Shown piece after piece: positions 1-7,500 of a stretch of 31,254 nucleotides of DNA. Below the pieces are notes generated by a model. It was not told where the DNA came from, did not search any database, and was given only the letters and a program-made list of their open reading frames with translations. Source of the DNA: a virus (lineage: Duplodnaviria > Caudoviricetes). Each line of letters begins with the position of its first letter. Position 1 is the stretch's first letter. The translations under genes were made by a program, and so were the position numbers. The DNA lies in the IMG/VR virus record IMGVR_UViG_3300032320_001150, positions 1-31,254 of that record; one strand, written 5' to 3'.

Positions 1-1
1 C

Positions 2-3000
2 AGCGACGGCAACCTTGTGATAGGCGGCGGCACTGGACTCACGGTAGGATCGTTTACATTCTTTGGCAACACTATAGCTATAGCAGATCCTGATGAAGAC
101 ATACTCATAGGCACAGAGTTGGCCACCGGTAATGTGGATTTCCGTAGACCTATACGAGTTCTTAGTAATGTGGCCTTTCCCTATCCCACATTTGAAGTGG
201 ATCGCAATGGTATTACTTCAATCAATGTCAATAGTGCTTTACCGGCCAATGTAGCCGCTCTAGACATCAACGGCGCTTCCACTGGCAACAGTTATCCTCG
301 TAACTTCTCAGCCACCCTAGTCCAACTCACAAACTTGGACCGTGAACCTGCTAGAATTAGCATGGATGCGTTTGGCGCCAATGTAGTTACAGGACAAAAT
401 GCCTATGGCCTATTGGCAGCTCGTGTAGCTCGCGGTAATGTAGATGCTCCTAGTCAAACACAGGCCAATGATGTAATGATGCGACTGACCAGTCAGGGGT
501 TCAACAATGCAGGTGCGTTCCAAGGCTCCATAGTGCGATACAATCAGGTGGCCACTGGTAACATCACTACCGTATCTGCTGGAACCAGACACAACTTCCA
601 GGCTACACCTGTAGGTACAGTTACTATAAAGAACATTGCTAATATTGATGCTGCGGGTGTTACTTTAACCAGCGTTGCCAACAGCGGCCCTGCCAACACA
701 GGCATAACCTTCCAGGACGGAACTTTTCAAAACACAGCTTATCTTGCTAGCCAAGCAGTCAATAGTGCTACAGCCGCAGCTGGTATCAGCATAGCACCAA
801 CTTCAACCAGTGCTACGGGCAATATAACCATAACCAATATTGGTGTAATCACCACGGCAGGTACTGCCAATCAGGTGTTTGTCAACGGGGCCAACAATAT
901 TTCAGCCGCCAACGGCGCTGTCACACTGAGTTTACCACAAGATATAGGAACTAACTCCAGTCCCACATTCAACACATTGACAGTGAACAATCTCAACATT
1001 CTTGGAAATGTCAGCAATGTGATTCCGTCGGTTATAGGTGGAAAAATTGTGTATGTGGCCAACACAGCTACTCAATTAACCGACATCGACACTTCAGGTC
1101 TGGTCACAGGCAATGCTGCCAACGGATTTTATGCTGGAATGCTGTATCAGACCACTGGTCTTTTTGCCAACACCTGGGACTTCAGCATTGGCAACAGCCA
1201 AGGCATATATGCGGGCAATGTGTATGGTGAATCAGGTCAGTTTGTAGACCAAGTTCATGTGGGATTTGGTAATGCTACCATAGACTATCCTGCCGCAGGA
1301 TTACAAGTTGATACCAATATAGATAGCTACACCCAAGTTGTACTTCAAAATCACAATCAGGGAGCCAATGCTTCAGCAGACTTTGTGGCTGTGGCCAACA
1401 ACGGTGACGACAGCAATCACTATATTGACATGGGTATTAATTCTAATGTTTACAACAATACCGACTACGCTGTAACTAAACCCAATGATGGATATTTGTA
1501 TGTAAACGGTGGTAATTTAGTTATTGGTACACAAACTGCTAGCAAGGTCATCAACATCTTTACTGGTGGCACTAATAACACGCAAAACTTTATCCGTGGC
1601 ACAATCAGTGACACTGGACTCAGCATGATAGGTAATGTTACCGCTAATACTCTTGTGGGTAACACAGTATCAGCAACTACAGTCACAGCCACAGGCAATG
1701 TTAATGCAGCCAATATCTTGGCTACTATTGTTACAGCCACCAACTTGGTTGGTACTAATATTACTGGCACACTACAAACAGCCGCACAGAACAACATTAC
1801 TTCAGTAGGCACATTGACCAGTTTAAGTGTAACAGGCACAGTTACTGGAGGCAACATAGCCACAGCAGGCAATGTAAGTGCCGCAGGTAATGTAATAGGT
1901 GGCAATTTAGTTACAACCAGCACAGTGATTAACTCTGGAATTATTACAACTGGCACCATTTCAGCCTTTGGTAACATTATTTCTGCGTCTAATGTAACAG
2001 GTGCTAACATACGCACAGCAGGCTCAATCACTGCCACTGGCAACATCATTGGTGCTTACGGTGTGTTCTCCAATGGTAACACAGTAATCAACGCTGGAGT
2101 ATCGACGACAGGCAACATCACTGGCAATTATATACTTGGCAACGGTAGTCAACTAACTGGATTAGTTGCGCCAGTTAATGCCGACTGGACTTCTACAAGT
2201 GGACTATCTCAGATATTAAACAAAACAGGTGCTAGTGGACCTACAACTATAGCATTAGGACAAAACGCTGCGGGCAATGTTCAAGGTGCTAATGCTATTG
2301 CTATCGGTGTTGGCGCGGCTGGATCGGCCACTACTTCTCAAGGTGTAGATGCCATTGCTATTGGTACCAATGCTGGCGGAGCATTGGCTAAAGCACAAGG
2401 TGATGGCACCATTGCTATTGGTAAAAATGCTGGTGGTGCTGGATTTGGCACAGATGGTCAACAAACATGGTCCATTGCTGTTGGTACAGAAGCGGGCACA
2501 AGTAATCAGGCCGCTTACTCCGTTGCGTTGGGTGCCTATGCTGGTAGATATAATCAAGGCAGTTATGCCACAGCACTGGGGCAGGCCGCTGGGTTACAAA
2601 GTCAAGGTACAGGCGCTATTTCAATTGGCCAAGCAGGCTATGAAAATCAAGGTCAATATGCTGTTGCTATTGGTAGCGGAGCAGGCGACACCAATCAAGG
2701 TAATAATGCTATTGCCATTGGTTATCAAGCAGGTACTAATAATCAAACCGCCAACAGTATTATATTAAATGCGTCTGGAAGTGCATTAGACTCAGGTGGA
2801 GTTGCTGGTTTGTTTATTAATCCGCTGCGTGATAACTTGGCAAGTAACGCAAATGTGGTATTTTTCAATACCAGCACAAAAGAACTAACATATGCTAACA
2901 CAATTTCATTAGCAGGTAATATCACTGGCGCCAATTTATTCACAAGCGGTTTCGTCACAGCTACAGGTAATATTTCAGGTGGCAATATTCGCACAGTAGG

Positions 3001-3772
3001 TTTAGTCAGCGTTGCTGGCAACATCACTGGCGGTAACTTGGCCACAAGTGGAACTGTTAGTGCCACCGGCAACATCACTGGCGGTAACTTGGCCACAAGT
3101 GGAACTGTTAGTGCCACCGGCAACATCACTGGCGGTAACTTGGCCATAAGTGGAACTGTTAGTGCCACCGGCAATGTCACAGGTGGCAATATCCGCACAG
3201 CTGGACAGGTAAGTGCCACAGGCAATATCACTGGTGGCAATATCCGTACTGCGGGTGTTGTCAGTGCCACTGGTAACATCACTGCCAACTATTTCTTTGG
3301 CAATGGTAGCCAACTCACTGGCCTAACCGGCACAGGTATTACCACCATACTGCCCAATGCTCTCAGTAGCACAGTCCATATTGCCGCAAACACAGTGGGC
3401 AACACAGCAACCATTATCACAGATGCCACCACGGCCAACACAGCCAATACCATTGTGGTACGGGATGCCAACGGTGCCATCAGCGTCAGCGGCTGGACTG
3501 TGGGCGCACGATTAACAGCGGTTGACACCACAGCAACCACCAGTGATTACTGGATTGGTACCACGGTTAAAAATAGAACCATTACCCTGCCCAATGCGGC
3601 CAACGGTGCCGTCAACGGTCGTCAATATCAGATTGCTGACACAGTTCACTCGGGCAACCCAAACACCACCATTGCGGCACAGAGTCCGGCCACAGTGACA
3701 GGTAATCAACCCAGCCAACAGGGACAAATGATCCTGGCCATTTACATCGGCGGTGTTTGGTATTTGAACTAA
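2..3772 (+). CDS. Long tail fibre / adhesin-like virion protein (5'-truncated)
   Basis: Frame is open from base 2, so the GTG at 17 is probably internal. G/N/T/A-rich with many (S/T)ATGN(I/V)TGGN(L/I) repeats and a block of YadA-head-like repeats (AIAIG..AG...QG) at about nt 2245-2770. Lies directly upstream of the endolysin. Confidence 0.8.
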   Translation, partial: SDGNLVIGGGTGLTVGSFTFFGNTIAIADPDEDILIGTELATGNVDFRRPIRVLSNVAFPYPTFEVDRNGITSINVNSALPANVAALDINGASTGNSYPRNFSATLVQLTNLDREPARISMDAFGANVVTGQNAYGLLAARVARGNVDAPSQTQANDVMMRLTSQGFNNAGAFQGSIVRYNQVATGNITTVSAGTRHNFQATPVGTVTIKNIANIDAAGVTLTSVANSGPANTGITFQDGTFQNTAYLASQAVNSATAAAGISIAPTSTSATGNITITNIGVITTAGTANQVFVNGANNISAANGAVTLSLPQDIGTNSSPTFNTLTVNNLNILGNVSNVIPSVIGGKIVYVANTATQLTDIDTSGLVTGNAANGFYAGMLYQTTGLFANTWDFSIGNSQGIYAGNVYGESGQFVDQVHVGFGNATIDYPAAGLQVDTNIDSYTQVVLQNHNQGANASADFVAVANNGDDSNHYIDMGINSNVYNNTDYAVTKPNDGYLYVNGGNLVIGTQTASKVINIFTGGTNNTQNFIRGTISDTGLSMIGNVTANTLVGNTVSATTVTATGNVNAANILATIVTATNLVGTNITGTLQTAAQNNITSVGTLTSLSVTGTVTGGNIATAGNVSAAGNVIGGNLVTTSTVINSGIITTGTISAFGNIISASNVTGANIRTAGSITATGNIIGAYGVFSNGNTVINAGVSTTGNITGNYILGNGSQLTGLVAPVNADWTSTSGLSQILNKTGASGPTTIALGQNAAGNVQGANAIAIGVGAAGSATTSQGVDAIAIGTNAGGALAKAQGDGTIAIGKNAGGAGFGTDGQQTWSIAVGTEAGTSNQAAYSVALGAYAGRYNQGSYATALGQAAGLQSQGTGAISIGQAGYENQGQYAVAIGSGAGDTNQGNNAIAIGYQAGTNNQTANSIILNASGSALDSGGVAGLFINPLRDNLASNANVVFFNTSTKELTYANTISLAGNITGANLFTSGFVTATGNISGGNIRTVGLVSVAGNITGGNLATSGTVSATGNITGGNLATSGTVSATGNITGGNLAISGTVSATGNVTGGNIRTAGQVSATGNITGGNIRTAGVVSATGNITANYFFGNGSQLTGLTGTGITTILPNALSSTVHIAANTVGNTATIITDATTANTANTIVVRDANGAISVSGWTVGARLTAVDTTATTSDYWIGTTVKNRTITLPNAANGAVNGRQYQIADTVHSGNPNTTIAAQSPATVTGNQPSQQGQMILAIYIGGVWYLN
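3017..3174 (+). repeat. Three tandem 51-bp (17-codon) near-identical repeats in the tail fibre
   Basis: GGCAACATCACTGGCGGTAACTTGGCCACAAGTGGAACTGTTAGTGCCACC at 3017, 3068 and 3119; the third copy has one substitution (ACA>ATA). Flanked by diverged copies of the same peptide unit. Confidence 0.95.
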
Positions 3773-3782
3773 AGGAAAAATT

Positions 3783-4406
3783 ATGGAAATTAGAAAAGAA
3801 CAATTACAACAAATTCTACCAAACAATCCTTACTTGGATCACTGGTGTGAAGCATTAAACAAAATTCTCCCTGACTATGAGATTGACACTCCGCAAAGAG
3901 TAGCGGCATTTATAGCACAATGCGCTCATGAGTCTGGTGGATTTACAGCATTACACGAAAACTTAAACTATCGTGCTGTCACACTACGCAAAATATTTCC
4001 TAAATATTTCCCTACTGATGCACTAGCGGAACAGTATGCTAGTCAACCTAACAAGCAAGAGTTAATTGCTAACCGCGTATATGCCAATCGCATGGGCAAC
4101 GGTGACGAAGCAAGTGGTGACGGTTATCGCTATTGTGGTCGTGGTTTAATTCAACTTACAGGCAAGCAAAACTATCAGAACTTTGCCGACAGTATTGAAA
4201 TTTCAGTTGAAGAAGTTCCAGAATTTCTGGAAACATTTGAAGGAGCTGTTCAATCAGCTTGTTGGTTCTGGGAAGCAAACAATTTAAATCAATGGGCGGA
4301 TAAAGGTGACATTCTAACATTGACCAAGCGTATTAACGGTGGTACAATCGGACTTGCTGACAGAGAAAAACACTATCATCACGCCTTACACATCTTTGGT
4401 GCTTAA
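3783..4406 (+). CDS. Glycoside hydrolase family 19 (chitinase-like) endolysin
   Basis: GH19 motifs FIAQCAHESGGF, ENLNY, YCGRGLIQLTGKQNY and TKRINGGTIGLADR; AAGGA ribosome-binding site upstream. Confidence 0.92.
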   Translation: MEIRKEQLQQILPNNPYLDHWCEALNKILPDYEIDTPQRVAAFIAQCAHESGGFTALHENLNYRAVTLRKIFPKYFPTDALAEQYASQPNKQELIANRVYANRMGNGDEASGDGYRYCGRGLIQLTGKQNYQNFADSIEISVEEVPEFLETFEGAVQSACWFWEANNLNQWADKGDILTLTKRINGGTIGLADREKHYHHALHIFGA

Positions 4407-5018
4407 ATGTGGCAGATTCAATGGCTCCTACAACTAATACCTGATAGTATATTTGTCTGGATTACATACTTGTTGTTTGCCGCAGGCTTAATTTTGTATG
4501 TGGCCAGCAAATTGGTTAGTTGGATTCCACTCATGGGCCAATATCGTTTGCCCGCAGAATTAATAGGTGTTGTGGCTCTTGTTATTGCTGCTTATTTTTA
4601 TGGTGGTGTCAGCTATAGAGAACAAATAGCTGAAATGAAACAACGAGTTAAACTAGCAGAAGAAAAATCACAGCAAGTTAATACTGTGATTGAAACTAAA
4701 ATAATTGAAAAAATAAAGGTGGTTAAAGAAAATGTATATATCACAAGAGAAATTGTCAAAGAAGTGGCGGGCAAGCAACTGGATAACCAGTGTACTTTGC
4801 CTAAGTCTACTATCAGCTTGCACGACGGTGCCAGTCGCAATGAAGTTCCCAGCCGTGCCGCCGCAACTGATGGAACCCCCAGTGGCATTGAAGCCAGTAG
4901 GCTCCTCGACCGAGTCATCGAAAACTACAGTGCCTGCTACGAAAACGCAGAAAAATTAAAAGCCTGGCAGGAATGGTACTCAGAACAAAAACGCATACAT
5001 GACAGCATTGGCCAATAA
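4407..5018 (+). CDS. Rz-like inner-membrane spanin
   Basis: N-terminal hydrophobic helices, then a coiled-coil-like region (EQIAEMKQRVKLAEEKSQQ) and two Cys; follows the endolysin and contains an out-of-frame lipoprotein ORF. Confidence 0.65.
   Translation: MWQIQWLLQLIPDSIFVWITYLLFAAGLILYVASKLVSWIPLMGQYRLPAELIGVVALVIAAYFYGGVSYREQIAEMKQRVKLAEEKSQQVNTVIETKIIEKIKVVKENVYITREIVKEVAGKQLDNQCTLPKSTISLHDGASRNEVPSRAAATDGTPSGIEASRLLDRVIENYSACYENAEKLKAWQEWYSEQKRIHDSIGQ
4732..4959 (+). CDS. Rz1-like outer-membrane spanin lipoprotein embedded in the Rz-like gene
   Basis: +1 frame ORF with basic n-region (KLSKKWR), hydrophobic h-region, lipobox LSA|C (Cys codon at 4819) and Pro-rich mature part (TTVPVAMKFPAVPPQLMEPPVALKPV), as in lambda Rz1. 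Start codon uncertain. Confidence 0.65.
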   Translation: MYISQEKLSKKWRASNWITSVLCLSLLSACTTVPVAMKFPAVPPQLMEPPVALKPVGSSTESSKTTVPATKTQKN

Positions 5019-5445
5019 TAATTCAAAAATTTTATCGATTCGTAGACTTATTCTAGTGTTGATCGCAACCACTGCCTTTAGTGGCTGTGCCTTGTGGGAT
5101 GCCTACATGATGACACCGTATGATGCTAACGAATATCTATTGATTACTGAAATTCGAGCTTCGGCGGCACAATATAAAAAACAATGTGAAAATCCTGTAT
5201 TAGCACCAGTCAATGCTCAAGCTATTGCCAACAAATCAGACCTCTACGAAAAATATGTAGAACAAATTCCTAGAAATCAAAATGGATTTAAAACAGCCCA
5301 AGCACTTAATGAAATAACACAAGGGTTAGCTATGGCATACTCAAAAGGCACAGTTAGTATTACATTCTGTAGATTAAAATACAACAACATTGAACATTCA
5401 GCTGAACTCATACAGCGGGTAACAGCAACCAAACCGCGTAAATAA
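4999..5445 (+). CDS. Putative lipoprotein
   Basis: IRRLILVLIATTAFSG|C: basic, hydrophobic and lipobox-like segments; two further Cys. Confidence 0.7.
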   Translation: MTALANNNSKILSIRRLILVLIATTAFSGCALWDAYMMTPYDANEYLLITEIRASAAQYKKQCENPVLAPVNAQAIANKSDLYEKYVEQIPRNQNGFKTAQALNEITQGLAMAYSKGTVSITFCRLKYNNIEHSAELIQRVTATKPRK

Positions 5446-5477
5446 ATATATAAAATAATAAAAATAAGGAGACAACA

Positions 5478-5738
5478 ATGAGTTGGACACAATGGCAAGA
5501 TCAAATATTACACATTATTAATAATCCTGACGATGAAAACACACGCATGGTGGCTGTAGCTACAGGGGCTTATACTGAAGAATTAAAAGCAGGTAATATT
5601 AGCCAATCTGAATACACAGAACTGTTATTAGACTTACAGCGTCAAATCACAATTACTGAAAACATATCACAAATTGAAATCAAACAAAGGTTAAATACAG
5701 TTATAACTGCCTTGATTACATTGGCAGCAGCAGTATAA
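5478..5738 (+). CDS. Hypothetical protein
   Basis: AGGAG SD upstream; helical protein with a hydrophobic C-terminus; no recognisable family. Confidence 0.7.
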   Translation: MSWTQWQDQILHIINNPDDENTRMVAVATGAYTEELKAGNISQSEYTELLLDLQRQITITENISQIEIKQRLNTVITALITLAAAV

Positions 5739-5774
5739 TAGTAGCATATAATAATAATAATTAAAGGAGCGGGT

Positions 5775-6242
5775 ATGACCACCGAAGAAGTCAAAAGTGA
5801 AAGCGCGAAGAAAAACGAAGATTGGATGAACTCAAAATGGCGCCCAGCCATGGGTTGGATGTACATGTTGGTATGTACCACTGACTTTGTGTTGTTTCCA
5901 GTATTATGGAGTCTAGTACAAGTAGTAGGCGGTGGCGAAGTTCGTACCCAATGGAGCCCAATTACACTACAAGGCGCAGGCCTGTTCCACATGGCCATGG
6001 GTGCTATACTTGGTATTGCTGCTTATGGTCGCACACAAGAAAAGTTAAATGACAAAGCCGGAGTCACAGCACCAGCTCCTAGTTTTGGAGCATCCGCCCC
6101 GTCCGCACCCGCACCCAGTTTTGGCAGCACACCGCTAGGTGGTAACTCAGTGAGCACAGCACCAGCATTTACCCCAGCGCCAGCACCATCATTTGGTAGT
6201 AAACCAGTAGGCCCAGGCCGTGCTGAACAACCAGAACTATAA
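5775..6242 (+). CDS. Holin-like membrane protein (3TM holin-like)
   Basis: WRPAMGWMY motif and hydrophobic segments ending LGIAAYGRTQEK resemble the GTA 3TM holin family; Pro/Ala-rich tail; AAGGAG SD; sits in the lysis cluster. Confidence 0.65.
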   Translation: MTTEEVKSESAKKNEDWMNSKWRPAMGWMYMLVCTTDFVLFPVLWSLVQVVGGGEVRTQWSPITLQGAGLFHMAMGAILGIAAYGRTQEKLNDKAGVTAPAPSFGASAPSAPAPSFGSTPLGGNSVSTAPAFTPAPAPSFGSKPVGPGRAEQPEL

Positions 6243-6255
6243 AAGGAGAAATATT

Positions 6256-6375
6256 ATGTTAGACACATTATTTTGGATCGCAGTAGGAGCATTTGTGGGT
6301 TGGAATTTTCCACAGCCATTTTGGGCAAAGGCAATTCAGGCTAAAATTCAAGCCATGATAACCAAAGGAAAATAA
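6256..6375 (+). CDS. 39-aa small membrane protein (not in ORF track)
   Basis: AAGGAG SD upstream of ATG 6256; MLDTLFWIAVGAFVGWNFPQPFWAKAIQAKIQAMITKGK*; fills the intergenic gap, and the next ATG is 1 nt after its stop. Confidence 0.8.
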   Translation: MLDTLFWIAVGAFVGWNFPQPFWAKAIQAKIQAMITKGK

Positions 6376-6376
6376 A

Positions 6377-6586
6377 ATGAAAAAATTCTTAATTGCTCTA
6401 AACATTGTAATTTGGTCTTTAGTAAGTTATCAAGTAGCACACGCCGAAGCAGTAGTAAAAAAAGTTTGTCGCGAAGACCCTAAAACCAAAAAAGAAGTGT
6501 GTAAGAATGTTAAAACACACAAAAAAGTAGAAGGCACTAAGGTTCCAGAAAAGGCACCAGTTCCATCAAAATCGAATAAACAATAA
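6377..6586 (+). CDS. Small secreted basic protein
   Basis: Sec-type signal peptide MKKFLIALNIVIWSLVSYQVAHA| followed by a Lys-rich mature part with two Cys; AAGGA SD. Confidence 0.75.
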   Translation: MKKFLIALNIVIWSLVSYQVAHAEAVVKKVCREDPKTKKEVCKNVKTHKKVEGTKVPEKAPVPSKSNKQ

Positions 6587-6615
6587 TTGTACATATCCGA
6601 TAAAGATAGTATAAT
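6587..6615 (+). promoter_or_regulatory. Sigma70-type promoter for dnaJ
   Basis: TTGTAC (6587-6592), 17-nt spacer, TATAAT (6610-6615); ATG is 9 nt downstream with no SD. Confidence 0.65.
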
Positions 6616-6624
6616 TACTATACT

Positions 6625-7437
6625 ATGAGTGACCATTATCAAACCCTGGGGGTCAAGCGTGATGCTTCCCCTGACGAAATCAAAAAGGCTTATCGTAAGC
6701 TAGCTGGACAGCACCACCCAGATCGGGAAGGTGGCGATAAAGCCAAATTCCAATCGGTTCAAACGGCTTACGAAACATTAAGTGATGCTTCTAAACGAGC
6801 TCAATACGACAATCCTGTATCCAATCAAAATTTTAATTTTGAATTTCAAGGTGGGCCCGGCGGATTTGATCTTAACAATATCTTTAGTATGTTTGGAGCA
6901 CAATTCCAATTCCATCAACCAGGATCCCACCCACACCAACAACGCCAGACACATACTCGCATGAGTTTGTGGGTAACATTGCAAGATGTAGCACAAGGCG
7001 GAAAACGACCTGTTACTGTTGGTACACAGCAAGGCACAATGACTATTGAAATTGAAATACCATTAGGTATTGAAGATGGAGCTAATATACAATATCCTGG
7101 AATTGGTCCTGGCAATACTGATTTAATTGTAAATTTTAGAATACATCAAAATCCAAAATGGCATCGCGATGGGCTAAATTTAACTACTGACCATAGCATT
7201 TCGGTTTGGGATTGTTTGGTCGGGGGTGAAACAAAAATTAAAGATATATTAGGAAACGAATATACTCTTTCTATCCCACCAATATCGCAACCAGGTAGTT
7301 TGCTTAGATTAAAAGGAAAAGGATTAGCTTCTCGAAATACAGTTCCTGGGGATTTATTGATAAGATTACATACTAAAATGCCCAACAAAATTAGTCCCGA
7401 ATTAATTGATCTTATTAAAGAAGAGCAAAAGAAGTAA
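6625..7437 (+). CDS. dnaJ: DnaJ/CbpA-type co-chaperone (class B, no zinc finger)
   Basis: J-domain with HHPDR (HPD motif), G/F-rich linker, C-terminal DnaJ_C region (LRLKGKGL...GDLLI); no CxxCxGxG repeats. Confidence 0.9.
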   Translation: MSDHYQTLGVKRDASPDEIKKAYRKLAGQHHPDREGGDKAKFQSVQTAYETLSDASKRAQYDNPVSNQNFNFEFQGGPGGFDLNNIFSMFGAQFQFHQPGSHPHQQRQTHTRMSLWVTLQDVAQGGKRPVTVGTQQGTMTIEIEIPLGIEDGANIQYPGIGPGNTDLIVNFRIHQNPKWHRDGLNLTTDHSISVWDCLVGGETKIKDILGNEYTLSIPPISQPGSLLRLKGKGLASRNTVPGDLLIRLHTKMPNKISPELIDLIKEEQKK

Positions 7438-7446
7438 CCATATTGG

Positions 7447-7475
7447 TTGTATTTTAAGTGGAAATACTATATACT
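7447..7475 (+). promoter_or_regulatory. Sigma70-type promoter for clpA
   Basis: TTGTAT (7447-7452), 17-nt spacer, TATACT (7470-7475); AAGGA SD before ATG 7501. Confidence 0.65.
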
Positions 7476-7500
7476 AGTATAGTAACAAACAAAGGACATA

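Noticed and set aside
3017-3174. Direct repeats as a possible CRISPR array
   Set aside because: Units are contiguous, in frame and have no unique spacers.
1465-3540. Long minus-strand ORFs (1465-2049, 2743-3288, 3289-3540) with repetitive LPVALT peptides
   Set aside because: Antisense shadows of the repetitive tail-fibre codons; no SD or independent motifs.
3300-3772. Tail-fibre 3' end as a diversity-generating retroelement variable region
   Set aside because: No template repeat or reverse transcriptase seen in the window; cannot be excluded for the rest of the genome.
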